Of a stretch of 64,000 nt of DNA, positions 13,004-22,333 are shown piece by piece (positions within the stretch are counted from its first letter, which is position 1; the number at the start of each line of letters is the position of its first letter). The DNA lies in assembly GCA_965248435.1 (NCBI GenBank), contig OZ252100.1, forward strand, positions 1,984,001 to 2,048,000. Reading direction: 5' to 3'. The notes beneath the pieces are model-generated. The model saw only the letters and a list, made by a program, of their open reading frames with translations. It did not search any database and was not told where the DNA came from. This DNA is from Candidatus Latescibacterota bacterium. Its GTDB lineage: Bacteria; Latescibacterota; UBA2968; GCA-2709665. The position numbers and the translations under genes are program-made.

Positions 13004-16000
13004 CTAGTCGTTGGTGTGAAGGTCGGATATCTGGTCCAGCAACTTCGGATAGCGTTTGAGCGTTTCCTGTATTCCGTCCATGTCGAACATCCCGGCCTGT
13101 TCGGTCAGTGCTTCCGCCCACTTGGCGACCGGCGGATAGCTGTATTTCTCACCCAGGTCCTTCACCTCCGAGGCGAAACTCTCGATGCCGCCCATATCCA
13201 GCGTAGTGGACAGCTCTTTGCCGGTGTCCTGTTTCGCTTCGAGCTTCTCCGCCAGTTCCGGCAGTTTCTGCATCACCTCGGAGGAAAGCTCCAGTGGCGC
13301 CTCATCCTCCTCCACTTCCTCGGCCTCTCCATCCAGACCCATCGCTTCGCTGATCGCTCCGACAAGCCGTGTGAGCTCCTGCCCCACTTTTTTCAGATGC
13401 GACTCGACCCGCTTCCCGCCCTTCTTTATCGCTGCCTCCAGGGTCGCGGCCCTCGACTGCAATTCACCGGCCCCGATCGTCCCTGCCACGCCCTTCAGCG
13501 AGTGGGCCGTCCGCTCCGCGGCTTCGAGTTCCCCCTCTTCGAGCTGGGAACGTACCGTCTCGACGGACCTGGCCTCTTCCCCGGTCACAAACCCTTTCAC
13601 GAGCCTTTCGTAGAAGTCCCGCTTCCCCATCACCCGCTTCACCCCGGTCTCGACATCCAGCCCTTCAACGGATTCCAGATCCGCTGTTTCCGATTTTGTC
13701 TCCGCGCTCGCCGCTTTCTGTGAATCTTTCGTGTCCTTTCGTGGACTTTCGCGATCTTTCGTGATCGGTTTGATCCACTTTATGAGCGTCCCGAAGAGCT
13801 GGGCCGGCTCGATCGGTTTGGCGATGTGGTCGTTCATGCCGGCTTCCTCACACTGGTCCTTATCTGACTGCATCGCGCCGGCAGTCATCGCCAGAACAGG
13901 CAGATCCGAAAGCGACTCCTGCTCTCTGATTTTCTTTGTGGCCGTGAGGCCGTCCATCACGGGCATCTGAACATCCATGAGGACAACGTCGTAGTCGCCT
14001 TCCTCCACCATCCGGAGGGCCTCCTCTCCGTTGTTCGCGACGTCGACGACGAAACCGGAATCCGAGAGGAGTTCCGACGCGACTTGCTGGTTGAGGAGAT
14101 TGTCTTCGGTGAGCAGGATGCGGGCACCTTTGAACGGTTCGAGCGCCTCTGCAGATACGCCTTGTTCGATGCTGACCTCCGTGCGCGTCGACTCGCCGCC
14201 CAGTGCGACGATGGCCGCGTCGAACAGCTGCGAGGCGTTGACCGGTTTGGTCAGCGTTGTTTTGATTCCCGCCTTCTCTGCTCCTTCGGACATCTCGTGT
14301 GTGCCGTAGGCGGTGACCATGATGGGCTGGGGCGGGCTTTCCAGCGGGAGGTCATTCATCTTCTCGACCGTCTTCACGCCGTCCATGCCGGGCGGCATGT
14401 GCCAGTCGATAAACAGGATCTCGTAGGGATCCCCCGATTTATCGGCGACGGAGATGCTCTCCAGCGCTTCCTCGCCCCCGGCAGCGACATCGACCCGGAA
14501 CGACATGCTCTTCAGGGTCTCGGACAGGATCTCGCGGGCATACGCGTTGTCGTCCACGGTGAGGACGCGACGTTTGCGCAGATCGAGATCGGGCAGGAGC
14601 GGCTTACTCTGCTCCGTGCCTTTCCCAAGGAGCGCCGTCAACCAGAAAGTAGATCCGACCCCGTGCTCGCTTTCGACGCCGACTTCTCCGCCCATCAGTT
14701 CGGCCAGCTGCTTGGAGATGGTCAATCCAAGGCCGGTACCGCCGTACTTCCGTGTCGTCGAAGTGTCGGCCTGCTGGAAAGACTGGAAGAGCTTGCCCTT
14801 CTGCTCGGGCGTGAGGCCGATGCCCGTGTCCTGGACCTCGAAACGAACGAGCAGGTCGTCGCCGCGCTCTTCGGCCACCCTCGCACGGACGAAGACTTCG
14901 CCCTTCTCGGTGAACTTGACGGCGTTGTTGGCGTAATTGACCAGACACTGACCGATTCGCAGCGCGTCTCCTTTGAGGGCCCTGGGAAAGTCGGGCTCGA
15001 TGTCGAAGATGAGCTCCAGACCCTTCTCGGATGCTTTTTCGCCGACCAGGTTGCCGACGTTGTCGAGGACGCTGTCGAAATCGAAATCGACGTGCTCGAC
15101 TTCCAGCTTGCCGGCCTCGATCTTGGAGAAGTCCAGGATGTCGTTGATGATGCCCAGAAGGTGCCGGCCCGACGTGTGGATTTTGTGGACGTAGTCGCGC
15201 TGCTTGGCGTCGAGGCCAGTGCGAAGCGCCAGATGAGACATGCCGATGATGGCGTTCATGGGGGTCCGGATCTCGTGGCTCATGTTGGCCAGGAAATCGG
15301 CCTTCGATTTGGCAGCGGCCTCGGCGATCTCTTTGGCCTCCTCCAGCTCTACTTCCGCACGCTTGCGGTCCGTGATGTCTAGAATACATTCAATCGCCCC
15401 GATTGTTTCGCCGTTTGAGTCGAAGAGGGGCGTCGCTATTCCGAAAAGGTAAGCTTCCCCTCCGTCTCTGGATTTGAGGTTCGGTACATAATTTTCACCG
15501 GAGATGATGTCACCGTCCCGTTGAATCTGTTCGTACTTGCCGTCCAATTCAGATGGCGGCCGGAGCGCGAGATCGATTAGAATCTCACGCCGCTCCCCAA
15601 AGAAGGGAATCGCATATTCCTGATCGCCCTTGCCAAGCATGTCTTCTGCCTTGGCGCCACTCAAGGCCTCCAACTTCCGATTCCAGAAGACGACTCGACC
15701 TTCGTTATCGATTACGAGCACTGCGTCCGGCAGAAAGTCGATGATCTGGGACATCTGCCGCTCTGACTCGCGGAGAGCTGCCTCTGACTGAGCCAACCGA
15801 AGGGACGTCGCGGTGATCTCACACGCCTTCTCAAGCCAGCGAATCTGCTCTTCGGTGATGGGTTCGAGGAGACAGAGCTCCACAACGCCGGCCAGGTCAT
15901 TGCTCGAAACGAGGGGTGTTGTCACTATCTGACTGGCGGCCGCGCTGCCGAACCCGAAGGACACGGGGTAGGTGCCCTGCGGGGGGATGTGGATAGCCAT

Positions 16001-17794
16001 TTTTCGGGATCTGGCGGCCTGACCGACACTCCCGATACCGAGTCCAAAGCACTTTAGCACTTCCGCATCGGGTGGAAGTGCATGCGCGGCGGTCCTGTAG
16101 AGCTGGCTATCATCTTCCAGGACGTAGAGCGACCCCACAGGAGCTCCGATGAACTCGGTGATGGCAGCCAGCGCCCGTTCCGAGACCCTCTCCACGCTTA
16201 GTTTGCCCTGCATCCGCGAGGTCAGAGCTGCCAGGGTGGACTCCTCCGCGACCCTCGCCTCTGAAGCTTTGGTGAAGTTCTCCAGTTCCTCGGTCCGCAA
16301 TTCAGCCTGCTGGGCGAATTCCTTGAGCTCCTCCTCAGCACGGCTTCTTTCAGTATCCCGAGATGCCAGATCGGTGGTCATCCGGTTGAATGCCTCTGTC
16401 AGAGAGCCGATTTCGTCGCTGGATGTGGCCTCCACGTGCTGGTCGCGTTTGCCGTCGGCATACGCATCGATGGCGCGGCTCAGACGGAGGACCGGTCGAG
16501 AAAGGGTGCCCGACACATAGATGCCGATGAGTAAGATGGCGATAGAAAGGATCACGCTGTCAACGAGGATGTGATTACGGAGTTCGGCAACCGGTTCGAA
16601 GGCCTCGTCAACATCCATTTCCGCGGATATCGCCCAGGTGAGGTTGTCGATCTTCAGAGGCGCGAACGCGCTGAGCACCGACACCCCGCGGTAGTCCTCG
16701 GTGATGCGTGTGTCGGACTGCCCGTTCAGGGCATTTTCAGCGGCTTCCGTTCGAATCTCCTGGCGGCCGATGGTCGTTCCGTCGGATTTCATCATGTCCA
16801 ACACGAAGCGATCGACGCCTCGTTCTTCCTGGGCCCTGAGGAATTCGATGGGGGTCTGAATGAAGAAGCGGGAGTCGTTGCGCATGGTGAAATCTTCACC
16901 CACGAGATAGGTCTCTCCCGTGGCTCCGAGACCTTCTTTTTCCCAATGCCCGCTGCTCGTCATCGTGGAGTTGATGTCGTGAACGTCGAGCTGAACGACC
17001 AGTACTCCGACTTTCCTGCCGTCTTTGAAGATGGGAGAGGCTACGAAACTTGCCGGATGCATCCCGGACGGAGGATAGAGCTCGAAGTCGACGAGGTGGA
17101 CCGATCCCTCGTTTGGGGATGCGGCCGCTTTCCTGAATGCGTCAACGATATGGGTACCCGCATACGGCCCGTTGTAGAGGCTTGTCGCAAAGTCAGGCTC
17201 CTTCAACACCGAGTAGACGACAAACCCTGTCTGGTGATCGATGAATAGGATGTCGTAGAATCCGACTTTCTGTTTGATATTCTCCAGCGCCGGGTGGTAG
17301 TCCGCGTGCACCTGGGCGTAGGGCTCGAGCCGCCCACCTGACGCCACATCGCGCTCCAGAACATATGCAGACTGAAGCAGAGTGCCCGCGTTCGTCCGGG
17401 GCAGCGCTTTGGAGAGCGAGAGCACTTGGTGGGTGGCGTCCCGATTAATAGTGGGTAAATAATGATCGCGGTAGTGAGACCGGAGTCTTACCTCCTGTTC
17501 AGCGCTTCTGGCGTCATCGCCGATCGCGTTGAACGCCTCCGAGAAGCGGGACATCGCGTCGGCGATCGCACGGCCCTGGGCGATGACGACGGTCTCGTTC
17601 CTCACCCGCTGGAAGTAGGCCTGGATTTGGCGGCTCCGGGTTTCCCGGATCCCGGTGAGCTGCTTGAACGTGGCCTCACTCAGGGCATTTCGGGCATCCC
17701 AGTAGCTCTGCAGCCCGGTTACGAGAACAGATGCCAGCCCGACAAGCAGGAGGGACATCATCAGTTTCGTTCTGATATGGAGGTTCTTGAACAT
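13004..17794 (-). CDS. Hybrid sensor kinase: TM, dCache-like, TM, HAMP, GAF, PAS, HisKA, HATPase, REC, REC, HPt
   Basis: [12 protein letters not shown] and [13 protein letters not shown] (dCache); [15 protein letters not shown] (HAMP); GAF ending [11 protein letters not shown]; IIDFLPDAV (PAS); H-box; HPt. Confidence 0.93.
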   Translation of the reverse strand: MFKNLHIRTKLMMSLLLVGLASVLVTGLQSYWDARNALSEATFKQLTGIRETRSRQIQAYFQRVRNETVVIAQGRAIADAMSRFSEAFNAIGDDARSAEQEVRLRSHYRDHYLPTINRDATHQVLSLSKALPRTNAGTLLQSAYVLERDVASGGRLEPYAQVHADYHPALENIKQKVGFYDILFIDHQTGFVVYSVLKEPDFATSLYNGPYAGTHIVDAFRKAAASPNEGSVHLVDFELYPPSGMHPASFVASPIFKDGRKVGVLVVQLDVHDINSTMTSSGHWEKEGLGATGETYLVGEDFTMRNDSRFFIQTPIEFLRAQEERGVDRFVLDMMKSDGTTIGRQEIRTEAAENALNGQSDTRITEDYRGVSVLSAFAPLKIDNLTWAISAEMDVDEAFEPVAELRNHILVDSVILSIAILLIGIYVSGTLSRPVLRLSRAIDAYADGKRDQHVEATSSDEIGSLTEAFNRMTTDLASRDTERSRAEEELKEFAQQAELRTEELENFTKASEARVAEESTLAALTSRMQGKLSVERVSERALAAITEFIGAPVGSLYVLEDDSQLYRTAAHALPPDAEVLKCFGLGIGSVGQAARSRKMAIHIPPQGTYPVSFGFGSAAASQIVTTPLVSSNDLAGVVELCLLEPITEEQIRWLEKACEITATSLRLAQSEAALRESERQMSQIIDFLPDAVLVIDNEGRVVFWNRKLEALSGAKAEDMLGKGDQEYAIPFFGERREILIDLALRPPSELDGKYEQIQRDGDIISGENYVPNLKSRDGGEAYLFGIATPLFDSNGETIGAIECILDITDRKRAEVELEEAKEIAEAAAKSKADFLANMSHEIRTPMNAIIGMSHLALRTGLDAKQRDYVHKIHTSGRHLLGIINDILDFSKIEAGKLEVEHVDFDFDSVLDNVGNLVGEKASEKGLELIFDIEPDFPRALKGDALRIGQCLVNYANNAVKFTEKGEVFVRARVAEERGDDLLVRFEVQDTGIGLTPEQKGKLFQSFQQADTSTTRKYGGTGLGLTISKQLAELMGGEVGVESEHGVGSTFWLTALLGKGTEQSKPLLPDLDLRKRRVLTVDDNAYAREILSETLKSMSFRVDVAAGGEEALESISVADKSGDPYEILFIDWHMPPGMDGVKTVEKMNDLPLESPPQPIMVTAYGTHEMSEGAEKAGIKTTLTKPVNASQLFDAAIVALGGESTRTEVSIEQGVSAEALEPFKGARILLTEDNLLNQQVASELLSDSGFVVDVANNGEEALRMVEEGDYDVVLMDVQMPVMDGLTATKKIREQESLSDLPVLAMTAGAMQSDKDQCEEAGMNDHIAKPIEPAQLFGTLIKWIKPITKDRESPRKDTKDSQKAASAETKSETADLESVEGLDVETGVKRVMGKRDFYERLVKGFVTGEEARSVETVRSQLEEGELEAAERTAHSLKGVAGTIGAGELQSRAATLEAAIKKGGKRVESHLKKVGQELTRLVGAISEAMGLDGEAEEVEEDEAPLELSSEVMQKLPELAEKLEAKQDTGKELSTTLDMGGIESFASEVKDLGEKYSYPPVAKWAEALTEQAGMFDMDGIQETLKRYPKLLDQISDLHTND

Positions 17795-17887
17795 ATTCCA
17801 GGCCTTTCGTAATTACTGCCTTCGTTTGCGCTTTTGAGTTCAGCCGCGTCCTTCGTCTGACGTGATCTTGCTTAACCTTTTCGAGGA

Positions 17888-19306
17888 TCAACGAGTTTCA
17901 TGAGTCGGCCGGTTTCCGTTCCCTGTCTCCTGAGAGAAACGCAGTGCGGTCGCGGTGATCTCTGCCGCCTTGGTCAGCCATCGACCGCGCGCAGCGTCGA
18001 ACTCCGTGAGGAAATACAGCTCGACAACCCCTACCAGGTTGTCGCTGGCGGTTAAGGGACACGTTACGACGTGCCGCGGCGACGTTCGGCCCAGCCCGAA
18101 GGTGATAGACCATTCCTGATCGCCGGGATCGAGCACCTGCATCTCCCTGACCTTGGCCGTGTGACCGATACTGCCAGCGCCCAGCGGGAACGCGCTTTGC
18201 GTTTCCGCTTCAGGCGGCAGCGCATGATCTGCGTGCCGATGGAGATGCCCGTCTCTTTCAAGCACATAGAGCGCCCCGGCAGCGGCTCCCGTATTTTCGA
18301 TTATGGAAGTGAGCGCAGCTTCCGCGATCCGGTCCGCAGTCAGCTTCTGGAGGCGTGACGAGAGGGCGGAAAAACTCGCCTCCGATTCTGCCTTTTCCTG
18401 CAATTCGGATGTGCGCTCCTGAACCTGCTGTTCCAGTTCTGCGCGGAATCGAACCAGCTCATCCTTATCGGCCTCGCTCTGTTTCAGCGCGGCGCTTCGT
18501 GCCTCGACCTGATCTTTGAGCCGTCGTGAGCCGGACCTGAGCTGGCCCATGGCGATCGCCAGGCATCCCAGGCCGAGCAGTGCCGTAATGCCCAGAAGGG
18601 CCATCACGGTCTGCAGGCCACCGCTCATCTCTTCTCGAATCGCATCCAGCGGCAGGACAACCTCCAGCACGCCCCGAACATCGCCTTCCACCCACCCGGT
18701 CCTCGGCGTCTGCGGATGTGTATTGTGACAGTTCACACATTCTGCTCTCATCCGGTCGGCTGTCGCGTAGCGCAACGAGGGCCTGCCTCGGTGCTCTTCG
18801 AACCGATAAAACGGCCTGTCCGGCTGTTCGGTCAGCCCCTTCCAGGCCGCTCTCCTGAAGTCATCCAGCAAACCCCCCTCCGACGCGCGCCAGGGAAAGG
18901 GGTAGGGGCTGTAGAGCGACGCCGCCAGGCCTGTCCCCAGGGAACCGATCTGCTCCCCAAGCTTGATACTCAGGGTCGCCGGCAGTGGGATGGCGCCATC
19001 GTGCTCGTCATAGTCGTGTCTGATATCCACTCCGTGACCTCGAACGCGGCTCACCACATCGGAGGTGTAGATTGTCCGGAAAGTTGCCAGCATCTGGGCG
19101 GTTCGTGAGGCGTTGTTGATCGCGTTCGACTCGATCAGCCTGTCTGAAAGCTGAAAGGCGTACCAGCCCAGAAAGGCGAGGCCGATCAGGAGAACCGCAC
19201 TCAAGACGGGCACCGGTCTGTCGGATACGATCCGAAAAAACCAATTCCGTGGCCGAGGCGAACGTTCTGCGACCCCTTCAGGTGTGTTGGTATCATTCTC
19301 TTTCAA
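17888..19306 (-). CDS. Output-less membrane sensor: TM, DUF3365/Tll0287-like c-type heme domain, TM, coiled coil, GAF
   Basis: IPLPATLS, LYSPYPFPWR, CVNCH (CXXCH), GDVRGVLEV; C-terminal GAF homologous to the GAF of the 13004 kinase; no HisKA. Confidence 0.8.
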   Translation of the reverse strand: MKENDTNTPEGVAERSPRPRNWFFRIVSDRPVPVLSAVLLIGLAFLGWYAFQLSDRLIESNAINNASRTAQMLATFRTIYTSDVVSRVRGHGVDIRHDYDEHDGAIPLPATLSIKLGEQIGSLGTGLAASLYSPYPFPWRASEGGLLDDFRRAAWKGLTEQPDRPFYRFEEHRGRPSLRYATADRMRAECVNCHNTHPQTPRTGWVEGDVRGVLEVVLPLDAIREEMSGGLQTVMALLGITALLGLGCLAIAMGQLRSGSRRLKDQVEARSAALKQSEADKDELVRFRAELEQQVQERTSELQEKAESEASFSALSSRLQKLTADRIAEAALTSIIENTGAAAGALYVLERDGHLHRHADHALPPEAETQSAFPLGAGSIGHTAKVREMQVLDPGDQEWSITFGLGRTSPRHVVTCPLTASDNLVGVVELYFLTEFDAARGRWLTKAAEITATALRFSQETGNGNRPTHETR

Positions 19307-19351
19307 AGCGTCAAAACTCCTTTCCGAACTGTGGGACTTGACCGATACCCA

Positions 19352-21112
19352 TCAGGACCTCGACTCATGAGCGAATCGGAGCGATGTTGCGGCGATCTCA
19401 CACGCCTTCCCAAGCCAGCGGATCTGTTCTTCAGTGATGGCTTCCAGGAGCAAAAGCTCAACAACTCCGGCCAGCTCATCATTCGAGACCAGGGGTGATG
19501 TCACGATCTGGCAGGGGGTAGCAGTGGCGAACCCGAAGGTGATGCCGTTGGTTTCCGGCGGGGGCGTCTGGACGGACAGCTGTCTGGAACGTGCCGCCTG
19601 ACCGACACTCCCTGTTCCGAACGCGAAACTCGTCAGGGATTCCGCGTCGGGTGAAAGGGCGTACGCTCCGGCTCTGTGCAGCCGGTTGTCTCCATCCAAC
19701 ACGTAGAGCGCGCCCGACGGTGCGCCGATGAACTCAGCGATGGAGGACAGCGTACGCCCCGCGACCTCCGCGACGGTCAAATTGCCGTGCAACTGTGAGC
19801 TGAGTTCGGCCAGTCTGGACTCCTCCATCGCCCTCGCCTGAGACGCCTCCGTAAGGCGCTGCAGTTCCTCAGAGCGCGTTTCCGCCTGCTGGGCGTATTT
19901 CTTTAGTTCCTCCTCTGCTCTCTGTATGTCCGCACGCATCGCATTGAACGACAGCGTCAGGTCGGCAATCTCATCGTCCCCGTCGACCGGGATATCCTTG
20001 ATAAGTTGCCCGGATGCAAAGTCCAACGTTGCCGTCGACAGCGTCTCGATGGGTCTCGTGATGCGTTCCGAGCTTCGCCTTGACAGAACCCACGAAGTAA
20101 TGATCATCAGCGCAATGACGCTAAATAGCAGAACAAGGGCTAAGTTGCTGACAGAGTTCGCCCATCTTGCATCCTCTTGCATAAGACGATCCTGATCGCT
20201 AGTCATCGCGCTCAACATGTCGATACTCTTACGGGCAAGTGGCACCGCCTTGTTCGTCATGAGATACTGTGAGATATTCCAGCGGGAGGATTCACGCATC
20301 TCGATGATTTGCTGTGCCATACGGCAATACACATCAAACTCGTTGCGAAGCCACGTCAATCGATCGAACTGGGAACGAGTGAGCATCTTGCGAAATGAAT
20401 CAACCTGATCAAGCCGATCGCCCGCGAGACCAACCGACACTTCGAAGCCCATCTTGTACTCGGCTCCAGCATCCGCTACATAGTTTGTCAGCTCTGTTTC
20501 GCTGGCCAGGAAGACTCCACGAAAATCTGCCAGAACCACTAGAAGTGCGCTACTTCCTCCCAGCGTCTTCTCCTCGTCAATCAGACCCGAAACCGTTTGC
20601 CGAATCTCCCGCGCCAGCGGTTGCAGCTCCTCCATAAGCAGCACCCGGGAGGGCTCATTCCCTGGGGTATTCGCTACATCTTCGATCCACCACTGCCACT
20701 CCTTCAGCTCCATCAGGGTTTCGACGGCCTCAGTCAGCAGTTTGCGGTCCTTTTCATCCCACTCAGAGCTGAGGGACTTCAGGGAGAGCATCGCCGGCTC
20801 GATCTCACCCTCCCACGCGTGATTTCTGTCCTCCCGAAAATCCGGGTCGGCCAGCGCAACCCATCCCCGCAGCGTGGCCAGAGAATGCTGTACACCGCTG
20901 AGCGCCATCGTCGAAGCTTGAAGGGCAGGCGCTCGGACCTCGGAAAGGGCGCGAACATTCGACCGAAGCCAGATCGTCGTCGCAAGAGCAACGATGAGCA
21001 GAACCACACCGAGGGCAGCCACCTGGAGGTGGGAGCGCAGGAGCCTTGCTCCAATGCCTTGCCTGGTTTCAAGACTACGGTTCGGAGAATCCATCAAGTC
21101 AAACTCCGCCAA
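19352..21112 (-). CDS. Output-less membrane sensor: TM, helical periplasmic domain, TM, HAMP, GAF
   Basis: Two TM segments; GDDEIADLTLSFNAM (HAMP); ends ...KACEIAATSLRFAHESRS*. Confidence 0.8.
   Translation of the reverse strand: MAEFDLMDSPNRSLETRQGIGARLLRSHLQVAALGVVLLIVALATTIWLRSNVRALSEVRAPALQASTMALSGVQHSLATLRGWVALADPDFREDRNHAWEGEIEPAMLSLKSLSSEWDEKDRKLLTEAVETLMELKEWQWWIEDVANTPGNEPSRVLLMEELQPLAREIRQTVSGLIDEEKTLGGSSALLVVLADFRGVFLASETELTNYVADAGAEYKMGFEVSVGLAGDRLDQVDSFRKMLTRSQFDRLTWLRNEFDVYCRMAQQIIEMRESSRWNISQYLMTNKAVPLARKSIDMLSAMTSDQDRLMQEDARWANSVSNLALVLLFSVIALMIITSWVLSRRSSERITRPIETLSTATLDFASGQLIKDIPVDGDDEIADLTLSFNAMRADIQRAEEELKKYAQQAETRSEELQRLTEASQARAMEESRLAELSSQLHGNLTVAEVAGRTLSSIAEFIGAPSGALYVLDGDNRLHRAGAYALSPDAESLTSFAFGTGSVGQAARSRQLSVQTPPPETNGITFGFATATPCQIVTSPLVSNDELAGVVELLLLEAITEEQIRWLGKACEIAATSLRFAHESRS
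19355..19735. repeat. GAF-coding repeat, copy 1 (others at about 22398-22780 and 23999-24380)
   Basis: Shared runs such as tcatcattcgagaccaggggtgatgtcacgatctggcagggggtagcagt and aacgcgaaactcgtcagggattccgc are present in all three copies. Confidence 0.9.
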
Positions 21113-22127
21113 ACAGTTGTCCGGGTATACGTTCCACCTGCTCCTGCAGCTCCGTCAACTGACGTTCCAGAATGCCCGCTCGCTGATAGACGTGCGAGGG
21201 ATACTTTTGTCCTGGATGGTAAACTTCTATAGGCGGAGCCGCGTTTGGTACGTGGCTGTGGATGTATGCCAACTCGGAAACGAGCAGGGATGCGATATCG
21301 TAGACATCGCTGGGAACGACGCTGTCGATAGATGAGTCCGTTAGTTTCAAGTCCAGCGTCTCTAATCCCCCTTGGGCCGCAATCCGCCTTGTGCGTTCGA
21401 AGCAGCCGACCAGCCGTCGGTAGACGTCGGCCGGACGCTTGCCGCGCTCGTATTGTGGGGAATCGGGAATCCGGTTCGCCTCCGGAAATTGGGCAAGCAG
21501 ACGAGAGGTGTAGCTCACTGCCAGTGTCACCTGCTGAAACACATCTCCAGGCGAGACCTTGTCATCCAACAGAAGGTTCAATTGTCGGTTAGTCTGGACG
21601 ATCGACTGAAACACGTCGGTAGGAGTCTTGCTGTCGTCCCGCTCGGGCGCAATGGTTTCCCCCGAAGTTGCAATGGCTTCGCGGATCCGATCTATCCGAG
21701 CCAGCGCGGCGTTAACAGCCGAAAAGACGTGGAACGGACGAATGTCTTTTGCGGGGATCTCGGGTACTGGAGCGCGCTCCCGGGTCTGTTCGAAGCAAAG
21801 CCGGTCTGCCTTTCTGAAAAGTGTTAGTGCCTGAAAGAAGACTTCGCGCGGAGCTACATTGGTGACATCGATCTCAGGCTGGGTGTTGGCCGGCCTGCCC
21901 ATCTCGAACCGAATTGCCTCCAGCCTTGCCTGGAGAAGCTCGACCTTGGCGAAGACGTGCGCCGGTGTGATTTCCTGCCCTATGGGCTGCGATCGCGCGG
22001 ACTCCGAAAGGATCCCTTGAAAACAGACCAGAACGACTGTGGCTCGCCAAAACATCGTATGCGGTTTCAAATTCAACTCTCCCCGGCGTGCGGCGGAAGA
22101 ATTCTCCTGGTGCCGATTATTCGGCAT
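21099..22127 (-). CDS. Exported helical repeat protein of unknown function
   Basis: Signal-like N-terminus; eight PxxV[FY] repeats. Confidence 0.7.
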   Translation of the reverse strand: MPNNRHQENSSAARRGELNLKPHTMFWRATVVLVCFQGILSESARSQPIGQEITPAHVFAKVELLQARLEAIRFEMGRPANTQPEIDVTNVAPREVFFQALTLFRKADRLCFEQTRERAPVPEIPAKDIRPFHVFSAVNAALARIDRIREAIATSGETIAPERDDSKTPTDVFQSIVQTNRQLNLLLDDKVSPGDVFQQVTLAVSYTSRLLAQFPEANRIPDSPQYERGKRPADVYRRLVGCFERTRRIAAQGGLETLDLKLTDSSIDSVVPSDVYDIASLLVSELAYIHSHVPNAAPPIEVYHPGQKYPSHVYQRAGILERQLTELQEQVERIPGQLFGGV

Positions 22128-22182
22128 GAGATTGTGTCTCGCCGATTAATTTGACGAACTCTCTGAAGGCTTGCTGAGATGC

Positions 22183-22283
22183 CATCATCGCCTCTCTGAT
22201 GGCCGCCACCGATCGCGTCAGCTCCTCATCTACAAGGGCCAGCTGCTTTAAAATGGTAATCCAAGGCCGGGGCCGCCGTACCT
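22183..22283 (-). pseudogene. Collapsed relic of a hybrid kinase: HATPase G2 box fused to the post-HPt helix
   Basis: Minus strand GTACGGCGGCCCCGGCCTTGGATT-ACCATTTTAAAGCAGCTGGCC matches the 13004 kinase GTACGGCGGTACCGGCCTTGGATTGACCATCTCCAAGCAGCTGGCC. It then continues as VDEELTRSVAAIREAM, matching [16 protein letters not shown] of the 8102 kinase. Confidence 0.75.
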
Positions 22284-22333
22284 TAGCGTCCGTTTCCTTT
22301 CAAAGCGTCCCCAATTCCTTTCTCTAACCCGGC

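Noticed and set aside
11741-15382. Long plus-strand ORFs antisense to the kinases (412 aa, 432 aa and similar shadows across the window)
   Set aside because: Antisense shadows of GC-rich coding genes with no recognisable motifs
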